From NCBI GenBank assembly GCA_963701455.1, contig CAVPAE010000007.1, forward strand, positions 223,761 through 287,760: DNA of 64,000 bases, written 5' to 3'. The translations under genes were made by a program, and so were the position numbers. The DNA is from an uncultured Gammaproteobacteria bacterium (lineage in GTDB: Bacteria; Pseudomonadota; Gammaproteobacteria; UBA9214). Under the pieces are notes generated by a model. It worked only from the letters and a program-made list of their open reading frames with translations, ran no database searches and was not told where the DNA came from. Positions 9,690 to 19,229 of the stretch are shown here, one piece after another. Position 1 is the stretch's first letter, and every line of letters begins with the position of its first letter.

Positions 9690-10223
9690 ATGAACCAGAC
9701 AACAAGTGACAACGTATTGATCAGCCAGTCGGTCGCCATCCTGGTCGACGGCAACAATATCGAGCGCAGCATCCACGCCGAAACCAACAAGCCGAATACC
9801 ATGCTGAACTTCGACACCCTGGTGCCGCGCCTGCTGGGCAATCGCGGCCTGAACCGGCTGGTGTACTTCCGCGAGGGCAAGCAGATTTCATCGAAACTCA
9901 GGGAACGCCTGCACGCCAATTACCACGGCTCGGTCCGCCCCTGCCACAAGAGCGCGGACATCCCGCTGTCCATCAAGGCCACCCAGCTCGCCAACAAGGT
10001 GGATACCATCATCATCATGTCCGGGGATTCCGACTATGTCGAGCTGGTGCGGCACCTGAAGGCCGAGGGCGTGCGCGTGGAAATCGCCGCCGTTCCCACC
10101 ACCACCTCGAGGCTGCTGATCGATGAGGCCGACTATTTCCACAAGATAACGAAGGATGACTGGTTCACCCTGGAACCCAAGAAGCCCGGCCGGAAAAATG
10201 CTTCAAAAGAGGCGCCGGAGTAG
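9690..10223 (+). CDS. NYN-domain (LabA-like) protein
   Basis: AILVDGNN...KSADIPLSIKA...DTIIIMSGDSDYVELVRHLKAEGVRVEIAAV. Confidence 0.8.
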   Translation: MNQTTSDNVLISQSVAILVDGNNIERSIHAETNKPNTMLNFDTLVPRLLGNRGLNRLVYFREGKQISSKLRERLHANYHGSVRPCHKSADIPLSIKATQLANKVDTIIIMSGDSDYVELVRHLKAEGVRVEIAAVPTTTSRLLIDEADYFHKITKDDWFTLEPKKPGRKNASKEAPE

Positions 10224-10259
10224 CCCTGGCGCAGCGCCGCCGCGGCGGTAATCGAAGCG

Positions 10260-10694
10260 TCAGCCAGCCGGGACCAGCACCAGCCGGGTATGGCCCGACA
10301 CCTTGTAGCTCAGGTTCCTGGAAACCGGGCAGTTTTCCATGCGCTCGACAATGTAGTCGAGGTCGCCCTGCGTTGGCGTGCCGGCGCGCAATTTACTGGT
10401 AAATTCAACCTGCAGGTCACTGAGCACCCAGTCTTCCGTGGTGGTGACATGGATATAACCCTCGGCGCTATCCAGCAGCAGGCCGCGCTCCGCACAATTC
10501 AATCGCATGTACATGTGCTGGCAGTTGAGTACGGCGTAGACGAAAATCAGGAAACCGGCCGAACCGGAATTCAGGTCGAATACCTGCCACTCCTCCTCGG
10601 CGAAGATCTCGACCCGCAGACTGGCAACGCTGTTTTCGGGTTCCTGGTACTGGCCATACAGGCGCAATTGAAAGTGACGCTCGTTCATACTCAC
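10260..10694 (-). CDS. OsmC/Ohr-family protein (probable)
   Basis: About 144 aa with two Cys-containing segments (AVLNCQHMYM and ERMENCPVSRNL) placed as in OsmC-family proteins. Confidence 0.45.
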   Translation of the reverse strand: MSMNERHFQLRLYGQYQEPENSVASLRVEIFAEEEWQVFDLNSGSAGFLIFVYAVLNCQHMYMRLNCAERGLLLDSAEGYIHVTTTEDWVLSDLQVEFTSKLRAGTPTQGDLDYIVERMENCPVSRNLSYKVSGHTRLVLVPAG

Positions 10695-10704
10695 AGCCCT
10701 TGCT

Positions 10705-10770
10705 TGAGGAATTCAGTTGTAGCCCGGATGGAGCGCAGCGGAATCCGGGGATGATGCGATGCACCCGTGC
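10705..10770 (+). repeat. ~65-bp interspersed repeat family B (core GTAGCCCGGATGGAGC..GCG.AATCCGGG hairpin)
   Basis: Second copy at 14845-14913. Both begin aggaattc.g and both are intergenic. Confidence 0.75.
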
Positions 10771-10836
10771 CCCGCGCACAAACCATGACAATGACTTTAC
10801 GTATCCGGCATATACCTGTAAAGCCCCGGCGGGCAC

Positions 10837-11118
10837 TCAGGATTCCGCCCGGATGCCCGCCATGCCATTCGTTTCAGAGGCAATCAGCTGGCACTTCTGC
10901 GCCCGGTTCAATTTCTTTATCGCCGCTTCGCGCCGGCTGGCGGTACTGCGGGTGTGCCCGCCCTCGAGGTAGACCACCCGCTGCGGGCGGCGTCCCCGGA
11001 AATAACGGGCGCCGCCGCGCCGGCCGCCATGCTGTGACAGGCGCCGCTCGATGTCGGTGGTGATTCCCGTGTACAGGGAGTCATCCGAACACAGAATGAT
11101 ATAGACCTGCCAGTTCAT
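10837..11118 (-). CDS. GIY-YIG nuclease superfamily protein (UPF0213/YhbQ-like)
   Basis: WQVYIILCSDDSLYTGITTDIERRLSQH...VVYLEGGHTRSTASRREAAIKKL. Confidence 0.85.
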   Translation of the reverse strand: MNWQVYIILCSDDSLYTGITTDIERRLSQHGGRRGGARYFRGRRPQRVVYLEGGHTRSTASRREAAIKKLNRAQKCQLIASETNGMAGIRAES

Positions 11119-11250
11119 AATCCCGTGGATTTTTCAAAAATACCCGGATAAATCAAGGCATTTAACACAAAAGCAAAATCCCTGTGTTAACATCCCCGCC
11201 TCACAATCAGGACAGAACATACCAGATCACCGCTTACCAGGAGCTATTTC

Positions 11251-11736
11251 ATGCAAATCGCAGACAACCACGTCGTAACCCTCGCGTACACCCTCAAAGA
11301 CAATGACGACAACATCATCGATAAATCCGACGACGGCAGTTTCTGCTATCTGCACGGGGCCAGTAATATCATCCCCGGACTGGAAAACGCCCTGACCGGC
11401 AAGACCGCCGGCGATGAGCTCAGCGTATCGATTCCGCCGGAGGAAGCCTACGGCTTGCGTGACGAGGCGCGCCAGCAGGAAGTGCCGCGCGAGATGTTCC
11501 CGGAAGATGTCGAAATCGAGGTCGGCATGCAGTTCCACGCCCAGAACCCGGAAGGTCATGCGGTCATGGTCAGCGTGATCAAGGTCGATGACGCCAGTGT
11601 CACGGTGGACGGCAACCACCCGCTGGCCGATGTGCACCTGAACTTCGACGTGCGCATCATGGACATCCGCGAGGCCACGGCCGAGGAACTTGAGCACGGC
11701 CATGTGCATGGACCGCACGGGCATCACCACGACTGA
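11251..11736 (+). CDS. slyD: FKBP-type peptidyl-prolyl cis-trans isomerase SlyD
   Basis: MQIADNHVVTLAYTLKD...YLHGASNIIPGLENAL..., IF-domain insertion, His-rich C-terminal tail (HGHVHGPHGHHHD). Confidence 0.9.
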   Translation: MQIADNHVVTLAYTLKDNDDNIIDKSDDGSFCYLHGASNIIPGLENALTGKTAGDELSVSIPPEEAYGLRDEARQQEVPREMFPEDVEIEVGMQFHAQNPEGHAVMVSVIKVDDASVTVDGNHPLADVHLNFDVRIMDIREATAEELEHGHVHGPHGHHHD

Positions 11737-11748
11737 GCTGCCGCCCGC

Positions 11749-12312
11749 ATGAAAGCCAGCGAACTCAAGAAGGGCCAGGTACTGGATATCGACGGCCGCC
11801 GCATCCTGGTCCGGGACCTCGAGGTGCAGAGTCCGTCATCGCGCAGCGGCAGCACGCTTTACAAGGTGCGCGGCTTCGACATTGTCACGCGGCAGAAATA
11901 CGAAAACCGCTTCAAGGGCGATGACAATCTCCAGGGTGTCGAATTCAACCGCCGTGCGGTGCAGTTCCTGTACCGCGACGCGGAGAGCTGTACCTTCATG
12001 GACAGGGAAAGCTATGAACAGTACACGCTGGACAGCGCGGACCTCGAAGCCGAATTGCAGTACCTCAGCGATGACCTTGACGGCATTATCGCCATGATCG
12101 CCGATGATGCCGTCATCGGCATCGAGCTGCCGGCCACCGTGGTGCTGGAGATCCTGGAAACCGCGCCCGGCATGAAGGCGGCCTCGGCCTCGGCGCGCAA
12201 CAAGCCCGCCACGCTGAGCACCGGCCTGGTCGTGCAGGTCCCCGAGTACCTCACGCCCGGCGAGCGCATCAAGGTCAACACCGGCAGCGGCGAGTACGTC
12301 TCAAGGGCCTGA
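11749..12312 (+). CDS. yeiP: elongation factor P-like protein (YeiP/EfpL)
   Basis: MKASELKKGQVLDIDGRRILV...TLYKVRGFDIVTRQKYENRF..., 187 aa, three OB-like domains. Confidence 0.85.
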   Translation: MKASELKKGQVLDIDGRRILVRDLEVQSPSSRSGSTLYKVRGFDIVTRQKYENRFKGDDNLQGVEFNRRAVQFLYRDAESCTFMDRESYEQYTLDSADLEAELQYLSDDLDGIIAMIADDAVIGIELPATVVLEILETAPGMKAASASARNKPATLSTGLVVQVPEYLTPGERIKVNTGSGEYVSRA

Positions 12313-12648
12313 TTATCCCTTCTTATCACGAAGTCCTCGTGTGATTTTGTCACCTTGGGGGAATGTAACAATCCACCTGAAGTAGAACTTACTGACTCTT
12401 CGATTAGAAGAGGCGGGAAAGCGGGCCCTGGCCGGACCAACAGAATTTATACTTGAACTTCCGGAAAGTACTGTGATGAGTCCATCCCGTTGGGCTCGAT
12501 CCTTTTCCTGCCATGCAGGATCCTGGTTCAAGCAGCGATGAGTGGGCAATATCCCTGCTCTTGTCGGTGTTGTGTACCAAATACTTGCCGGTCGTACAAT
12601 TGGGTTGGCAGCCAAGGGGATGTTCAATGCCGCCAGATCTCAGTGAGA

Positions 12649-13716
12649 TTATTTAATGTATTGTTCCCTGTTTTTGTCCGTCAAAGCCTTCAGGAAATCT
12701 ACAATATCACTTACCTGCTGAGATGTGAGTTCTTCGTCCAGTTGCAGTTTCCCCATCTTGCGCACAGCTTCATCGAGTGTTTTGATTTTTCCGTCATGAA
12801 AATACGGTGCTGTTAAGGCCACATTACGAAGAGCGGCCACCTTGAAAACCATGCGGTCACTTTCGTCCTTTGAGAGCGTGTATATACCCGGGTCAGACTG
12901 GTTTTCATAGGGGTTTTCCTTGCCGAGAGGTTCATATGTCTCGCCACCAACCAGCATTCCATCGTGGCATGATCTGCAATCAACCTTGATAAAGGTTTTC
13001 AGGCCTCGCTGCTCAGCCTCGCTTAAGGCATTAGCATCGCCATTCATGAAATCATCGAAACGGCTTGGTGTTATCAACGTGCGCTCAAAGGCCGCTATGG
13101 CTTCGGCAATATTCTGGTAGGTGATAGCAGGTTCATCGCCGGGGAATGCCGAAGCGAAAGCATCCCGGTATTCAGCGATGCCCCGTATCTTTTCTTCCAC
13201 CGTTTCCTCGTCGGGCATGCCCATTTCGATCGGATTTAGAATCGGTCCCTTTGCCTGCTCGACCAGGTCCTCGGCACGACCATCCCAGAACTGGCTGTCC
13301 TGCCAGCCCGCATTCAGTACCGTCGGGCTGTTGCGAGTTCCCGGTTCACCTTTTGCGCCAGGCGAAGTAGGGAGGTTATCGACGCCTGCAAAACCATCAT
13401 CGAGTCGGTGACAGGAAGCACAGGACTGGGTGTCATTGATAGACAGGCGGTTTTCAAAATATAGCTTCTTGCCCAGCGCAATGCGTTCCGACGTGTCGTT
13501 TTCTGATCCCGGCATGGCATTCGACAATGGTGAAAAATAGCGGTTTGCACTACGGATCAACAGGTCAGTATCTTCAGCGAAAACGGTGTTTGTCGCCAGC
13601 AACAGGGATGAAATAACGATCCAGGTGATGTGTTTCATGTCTGCTCTACTTTTATCTGTCAGGTTACACTGAGTAATATCAGGAATACCGGTATTATACT
13701 CCAGTCTTTTCTCCAT
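12649..13716 (-). CDS. di-heme cytochrome c peroxidase (CCP/MauG family)
   Basis: Signal peptide. Two CxxCH motifs (CASCH, CRSCH). Also has ...FWDGRA...GPILNP.EMG... and ...AALRNVALTAPYFHDGKIKTLDEAVRKM. Confidence 0.9.
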   Translation of the reverse strand: MEKRLEYNTGIPDITQCNLTDKSRADMKHITWIVISSLLLATNTVFAEDTDLLIRSANRYFSPLSNAMPGSENDTSERIALGKKLYFENRLSINDTQSCASCHRLDDGFAGVDNLPTSPGAKGEPGTRNSPTVLNAGWQDSQFWDGRAEDLVEQAKGPILNPIEMGMPDEETVEEKIRGIAEYRDAFASAFPGDEPAITYQNIAEAIAAFERTLITPSRFDDFMNGDANALSEAEQRGLKTFIKVDCRSCHDGMLVGGETYEPLGKENPYENQSDPGIYTLSKDESDRMVFKVAALRNVALTAPYFHDGKIKTLDEAVRKMGKLQLDEELTSQQVSDIVDFLKALTDKNREQYIK

Positions 13717-13833
13717 CTTCTGTTGCTGATTTCAGCTGCTTTAGAACCCAGATCACGTTGTGGCCGTCTGTTTTGCTCCTGCAAGCAGCCCTTTAGCGTG
13801 CGATAGATACTGACACCAACCCTCTGTCACGTA

Positions 13834-14712
13834 TCAATCAGCCCCGGCAGGTTCGATCACCCCCATCTTCCCCGACTGGAAGTCACTGATGGCGGCGGCG
13901 ATTTCGGCCTCGGTGTTCATGACGAATGGCCCATGCTGTACAACCGGCTCGTTGAGCGGGACGCCGCCCAGCAGCAGCACCTGCGTATCGACTGCATTGC
14001 CTGCAGCCGCCACCAGTTCCACCACATCCCCGGCACCGAGCACTCCCATCTGGCCATCCGCGATGCGGATACCGTTCGACTGCAACTCTCCTGCAAACAC
14101 GTACACCAGGCCGTTGTGATCCGGCCGCAAGGGCTGCTCGACACGGGCGCCGGGCGCTAGCGTCCAGTGCAGGTAGACAATCGGGGTATGGGTATCGATG
14201 CGCGCCGCGACACCCAGTGCCTCGCCGGCAATGACACGCACCCGCGCCAGGCCGTCTTCAGTTACGGCCTCGGGAATACCGCTGCCTGCCATTTCCTGGT
14301 AACGGGGTTGTGTCATTTTCAGGCGCGCCGGCAGGTTCACCCAGATCTGGAAGCCATGCACCCGACCGCCCTCCTCCAGGATGCGGGCCGAGGGCATCTC
14401 GGAATGCACCACCCCACTCCCGGCCGTCATCCACTGCACATCGCCCGGGCGCAGACTGCCGGCATGGCCGGCCGAATCCCGGTGCTCAAATTCACCTGCC
14501 AGCATGTAGGTCACCGTTTCGAAACCGCGATGCGGATGGTCCGGTGCGCCCACGGCCTCGCCGGGGGCATAGTCGGCCGGCCCCATTTCATCGATCATCA
14601 GGATGGGGTCTACCGTACGCACACCCGCTGCCGGCAGCGGCCGACGCACCGTGAACCCGCCACCTTCCCGCTGCCTGCGTGCCGTTGTCACGCGCTCGAC
14701 CGGTCTCAACAT
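13834..14712 (-). CDS. pirin-family protein
   Basis: HPHRGFETVTYMLAGEFEHRDSAGH...GDVQWMTAGSGVVHSEMP. RBS GGAGGTG precedes ATG 14712. The ORF extension to 14886 is unlikely to be coding. Confidence 0.85.
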   Translation of the reverse strand: MLRPVERVTTARRQREGGGFTVRRPLPAAGVRTVDPILMIDEMGPADYAPGEAVGAPDHPHRGFETVTYMLAGEFEHRDSAGHAGSLRPGDVQWMTAGSGVVHSEMPSARILEEGGRVHGFQIWVNLPARLKMTQPRYQEMAGSGIPEAVTEDGLARVRVIAGEALGVAARIDTHTPIVYLHWTLAPGARVEQPLRPDHNGLVYVFAGELQSNGIRIADGQMGVLGAGDVVELVAAAGNAVDTQVLLLGGVPLNEPVVQHGPFVMNTEAEIAAAISDFQSGKMGVIEPAGAD

Positions 14713-14844
14713 GATCACCTCCGTAATCGGGATATAGACCGCGATAAGCTGATATTGTTTTATCAATTCTTGCTTAAGGATGCTCTGAACAAGCCCCGCC
14801 CCCGGATTACGGCCTGTGGCCTGCATCCAGGCTACGGTATGTGG

Positions 14845-14913
14845 AAAGGAATTCGGAACAGGTAGCCCGGATGGAGCAACGCGCAATCCGGGAACGAGCG
14901 TGCATTTCCCGGC
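14845..14913 (+). repeat. second copy of interspersed repeat family B
   Basis: Matches 10705-10770. Intergenic, between the pirin gene and the SGNH/TPR gene. Confidence 0.75.
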
Positions 14914-15025
14914 TAGCGGACCTGCAGCCGGACGAATTACCGCTACCGGCTGGACCTGCAGCAGAGCACTGAGCTGGATATCCGGCGTACAGCTCGGCTA
15001 CAATTTTGTTAAAACAGGCTCTCGA

Positions 15026-17002
15026 ATGCGTATGTTTCTCAAGCACTCGCTATTCACAGTCATTATCGTGGCGGCGTTCTTCGGGGCCATGGAGGTCGTC
15101 CTTGCCGTGGCCGGCGTGCGCCCGCTGCTGCTGACCGAGGACCCCTTCGTCGGCTTCGCCGACAACGTGCCCCAGTTCGTCCCCGATACCCGGCCCGACG
15201 GCACCGCTATCCTCCGAACCGCCCGCAACAAGCGCGGCCTGTTCAATTACCAGGAATTCCCCCGGGCCAAGGGCGACAACAGCGTCCGCATCTTCTGCAT
15301 GGGCGGCTCCACCACCTACGGCCGCCCCTACTTCGACGAGGTCTCCTTCTGCGGCTGGCTGCGCGCCTACCTGCAGGCCGCCGACCCGAACCGCCACTGG
15401 GAGGTCATCAACGCCGGCGGCGTCAGCTTCGCCAGCTACCGGGTGACCCGCCTGATGGACGAACTCAGCCAGTACCAGCCGGACCTGTTCATCGTCTATT
15501 CCGGGCAGAACGAATTCCTCGAACAGCGCTCCTACGGCGGCCTGATCGACCAGCCCGACTGGCTCATCAACCTCAATGCCAGCCTCAGCGGCACCCGGGT
15601 CTATACCGCCCTGGCGCAGCTGATCGAGGCCGTGCAGCCCGACTCGCTGCAGCAGGCACAGGCCCGCAGCCAGCTGAACGGCGAGGTCGACGAGATCCTC
15701 AACCACACCATCGGCCCGCAAAGCTACCAGCGCGACGACACCCTGAAGCAGCAGATCCTGACCCACTACCGCCTTAACCTGGTACGCATGGTCGGGATCG
15801 CGCGCAGCGTGGATGCGGGCATCCTGTTCGTACAGCCCGCGATCAATCTCAAGGACATGTCGCCCTTCAAGAGCGCGCACCGCGAGGGGCTGGACGAAGC
15901 AGCGCTGCAGGCATGGCAGGCGCTGTATGACCGAGCCGGGGAACTGGCGGCCGCGGGCGATGCCGCTGGCGCACTGGCGCTGTACCGTGAGGCGCTGGCA
16001 CTCGATGACCGCTATGCGGAACTGCATTACCGGATGGGCCAGGCGCTGTTCAGCCTGGGGCACTACGCGGAGTCGGAGCAGGCCTTCCAGCAGGCGGTGG
16101 AGGAAGACATTGCGCCGCTGCGGATGCTGGGCGCGATGCAGCGCAGCGTGGCGGAGGTGGCGGCAGAGGCAGGCGTGCCGCTGGTGGATTTCCCGGAAAT
16201 CCTGCGCACGGCATATCGCGAGGACTACCCGCATGCGGTCTTCGGCAAGGAGTATTTTGTCGACCACGTGCATACCAGCATGGAGGGCTACCGGCGGCTG
16301 GGACTGGCGCTGTTCGACGAACTGGTCAGTCAGGGCATAGCCAGACCGGATGCCGGCTGGAATGCGGCACGCCGCGCGGCGGTCGAGCAGCAGGTGATCG
16401 CGGGCCTGGATCCCAGGAATGTGGGACGATCGCTGGTGAACCTGGGGAAAGTACTCGGCTGGGCCGGCAAGTTCCAGGAAGCCTACGACTCCTTCCAGCG
16501 GGCATTGGAAACCCTGGGACCGCATCCCGCCGTGTATTACGGACTCGCCTCGGCCCTGTATTCGCTGGGAAAACCCGAAGAAGCGGCGCAGTACTATCAG
16601 GCGACATTGATCCTCGCGCCCGACAGGCACGGCGTCCATGCGGAGCTGGCAAGAATTTTCGCTGAACAGGGCAAAACCAACGCAGCAATCGAACATTGCC
16701 AGGCGGAACTGAAGCTCGACCCCGATAACTATCACGTGCATGTGGCAGTTGCGGAACTTCTGGAAACACAGGGCGATCAGGCAACCGCGCTGCAGCACCT
16801 GCAAACAGCGTTACAGATCAACCCGCAGCAACACCGTGCCCACACGGCGCTTGGCCTGATCCTGAAACAACAGGGAGATGACCGGCAGGCCATCCAGCAT
16901 TTCTCGGAGGCCTTGCGGCTGGAACCGGGCGACAGAACCGCTGAGGAAAACCTGCGAGAACTGCAGGCGGAACATAACAAGACAGCAGGCAGGCTGGGCT
17001 GA
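15026..17002 (+). CDS. SGNH/GDSL-type hydrolase domain protein with C-terminal TPR repeats, N-terminal membrane anchor
   Basis: MRMFLKHSLFTVIIVAAFFGA (TM helix). RIFCMGGSTTYG ... VINAGGVSFASYRV ... YQPDLFIVYSGQNEF. Multiple TPR units in the C-terminal 300 aa. The 584-aa antisense ORF is low-complexity. Confidence 0.75.
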   Translation: MRMFLKHSLFTVIIVAAFFGAMEVVLAVAGVRPLLLTEDPFVGFADNVPQFVPDTRPDGTAILRTARNKRGLFNYQEFPRAKGDNSVRIFCMGGSTTYGRPYFDEVSFCGWLRAYLQAADPNRHWEVINAGGVSFASYRVTRLMDELSQYQPDLFIVYSGQNEFLEQRSYGGLIDQPDWLINLNASLSGTRVYTALAQLIEAVQPDSLQQAQARSQLNGEVDEILNHTIGPQSYQRDDTLKQQILTHYRLNLVRMVGIARSVDAGILFVQPAINLKDMSPFKSAHREGLDEAALQAWQALYDRAGELAAAGDAAGALALYREALALDDRYAELHYRMGQALFSLGHYAESEQAFQQAVEEDIAPLRMLGAMQRSVAEVAAEAGVPLVDFPEILRTAYREDYPHAVFGKEYFVDHVHTSMEGYRRLGLALFDELVSQGIARPDAGWNAARRAAVEQQVIAGLDPRNVGRSLVNLGKVLGWAGKFQEAYDSFQRALETLGPHPAVYYGLASALYSLGKPEEAAQYYQATLILAPDRHGVHAELARIFAEQGKTNAAIEHCQAELKLDPDNYHVHVAVAELLETQGDQATALQHLQTALQINPQQHRAHTALGLILKQQGDDRQAIQHFSEALRLEPGDRTAEENLRELQAEHNKTAGRLG

Positions 17003-17074
17003 GCCTGCGAAGCCCAACGAGCGGGATTCCCGTCGATCGTGCCATGTTGGGCTTCACCTTGTTCAACCCAACCT
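16993..17074 (+). repeat. 82-bp interspersed repeat family A, second copy (inverted relative to 5413-5494)
   Basis: ggctgggctgagcctgcgaagcccaacgag...catgttgggcttcaccttgttcaacccaacc. Confidence 0.85.
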
Positions 17075-17156
17075 ACGACCTTTTTCCAGGGCCCGCCCCC
17101 CCTGGTCTATGCAGGAGCGGTCATGGGTACTGGCAGCGATACCGCAGTGTGCCGGG

Positions 17157-17855
17157 TTATGAAATCTTCACGACGATGTCATGCAACACTTCGCCGGCGC
17201 GCGCCAGGCGGTCCGAGGCATTGGAAAGGTGACGATAGATTTCACGGTGCTTGAAGATGTCAAGAACCAGTTTGACGGCTGCCACCCTGGTATCCGTTTC
17301 ATGCTGGGCCAGTGCCTCGATATAGGCATCTTCCCGGAACAACTCGCCCAGCGCCCTGCGATAGACTTTTTCAGAGCTGCGTTCCGCCTTGCGCGCGGCC
17401 TGCGAGTCAACTTCCGCCTGATGCGGGTTGACCGAAAGCTTTTGGTAACCCCGCTGCAGCGCATACGCACCTTCTTTCAGCAGCACCGCAAGTTCCAGCA
17501 TGTACTTGTCAGGCTCCACCTGGAGCACTTCGATTTCGCGGGTCGTGGTCTTGGCATAATTGACGATGTGATCGATGGTGGTAATCGCGCGGTAGATATC
17601 CTCGCGATCCATGGGGGTGGAAAACGACTTGTTGAGAATATCGGTATTCCTCACCTTGAGTACATCGCCACGTTTTTCCAGTGCCCGCACCTGTTTGGCC
17701 AGAGCCTTGTCACCGTTTTCCATGAACTGGACAAAGACCTCCATCGCCTCGACAACGAGATCACATTGCTCATTGAGCAGTGAATAGAAATCCGGCATGC
17801 GGGGGAACACCCTGTCTACCAGGCGGGTTAATACAGAGTCTGTGCTACCATTCAT
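17157..17855 (-). CDS. DUF47/TIGR00153 PhoU-like accessory protein of PiT phosphate transporter
   Basis: About 230-aa helical protein immediately upstream of the PiT-family transporter on the same strand, a conserved pairing. Confidence 0.75.
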   Translation of the reverse strand: MNGSTDSVLTRLVDRVFPRMPDFYSLLNEQCDLVVEAMEVFVQFMENGDKALAKQVRALEKRGDVLKVRNTDILNKSFSTPMDREDIYRAITTIDHIVNYAKTTTREIEVLQVEPDKYMLELAVLLKEGAYALQRGYQKLSVNPHQAEVDSQAARKAERSSEKVYRRALGELFREDAYIEALAQHETDTRVAAVKLVLDIFKHREIYRHLSNASDRLARAGEVLHDIVVKIS

Positions 17856-17919
17856 TGTTGTCTTCTCCGTGCAATAAAGGCTGTCCTGCAGCCGGATTAT
17901 CGATACGTTCCGATGCAGC

Positions 17920-18960
17920 CTATGCCACGCCGGTTAGCAGGTGCACCAGGTAATAGCTGAGTATTGCTACCGTGGCGGCACCGGGAATTGTGATGATCCA
18001 TGTCTTGAGGATTTCGCGCGCCTTGCCCCAGCGCACCGCCTTGGGCCGTTCCGAAGCGCCGATTCCCATGATGGACGAACTCACCACGTGGGTGGTTGAT
18101 ACCGGTGCGCCGATCATCGATGCCGCAAAGATGACCGATGCAGAGGTTAGCTGGGCATCGAAGGCGTGCAGCGGCCGCACCTTGTAAATGCCAAAACCAA
18201 CGGTGCGCACAATGCGCCAGCCGCCGGACATAATACCCAGGGTAATCGCGCAGGCGCAGGCAAGAATCACCCAGAACGGCACTTCGAATTCCGTGATGAA
18301 TCCGCCCAGCAAGAGTACCAGCGTGATGATACCCATACTTTTCTGGGCGTCATTGGCACCATGCGAGAAGGCCAGACCAGCCGAAGTAACAAACTGGACG
18401 CGACGCAGGTACTTGTTGGCAACGGGCTTTGCCCCGCGCAACAGGAATTTCATCGACCGGTGGATCAGGAAACCCGCCCAGAAACCGATGATCGGCGAGA
18501 CCACCAGGGCAATGAGCACCTTGGTCACGCCGGTGAAGTGGCCCTGGGCAAGCTCGGTAAACCCCCATGCCACATGGCCAACACCGGCTGATACCACCAC
18601 CGCACCCACCAGACCGCCCACCAGGGCGTGCGATGATGAAGACGGTATCCCGAACCACCATGTCCCGAGGTTCCAGGTGATTGCCCCGACGATGCCGCAC
18701 AGGATGATTGTTACGGCGTCCAGCGATTGCAGATCGCTGATATCGATAAACTTGCCAATGGTGTTGGCTACCGCCGTGCCGCCAAGCATCGGCCCCAGGA
18801 ATTCAAACGTCGCGACGATGATGACGGCCTGCACCGGCGTCATTGCACGGGAGGCAATCACCGTGGCGATGATGTTGGAGGCATCATGGAAACCATTGGT
18901 GTAGTCGAATATCAATACGACGATGACCGCGATCACAGCGAGCGTCACCAGAGCATCCAT
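17920..18960 (-). CDS. inorganic phosphate transporter, PiT family
   Basis: Polytopic membrane protein with the characteristic GANDAQK motif, 346 aa. Confidence 0.85.
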   Translation of the reverse strand: MDALVTLAVIAVIVVLIFDYTNGFHDASNIIATVIASRAMTPVQAVIIVATFEFLGPMLGGTAVANTIGKFIDISDLQSLDAVTIILCGIVGAITWNLGTWWFGIPSSSSHALVGGLVGAVVVSAGVGHVAWGFTELAQGHFTGVTKVLIALVVSPIIGFWAGFLIHRSMKFLLRGAKPVANKYLRRVQFVTSAGLAFSHGANDAQKSMGIITLVLLLGGFITEFEVPFWVILACACAITLGIMSGGWRIVRTVGFGIYKVRPLHAFDAQLTSASVIFAASMIGAPVSTTHVVSSSIMGIGASERPKAVRWGKAREILKTWIITIPGAATVAILSYYLVHLLTGVA

Positions 18961-19229
18961 AGGTTCTCCAGAAATTGGTATTGTTATGGCAGTGGCAACT
19001 GCCCGCCGCCGGGCGGTAAACGTTTTGCTCCCGCATCAGATGGCCGGCGCATGATACACACAGCCGGAACAAAAATATCCAGTTTATTTCCAGCTTTTTC
19101 CTGGCGGCTAACCCGGTCTTTTACCCGCCATGATCAGTTCGGGAAAACGACGCACGTGCACAATAAAACCTGCATCCTGTTGCCTTATCACCGGTCCATG
19201 GTGATTCAGCGCCAGCCGGGAACGGCAAC

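Noticed and set aside
8775-9709. 209-aa (-) and 230-aa (+) ORFs overlapping the small membrane protein gene
   Set aside because: No motifs and extreme R/G/Q content. They overlap a plausible 4-TM protein.
15050-16804. 584-aa minus-strand ORF
   Set aside because: Antisense to the SGNH/TPR gene, with no motifs and an R/G/L-rich composition.
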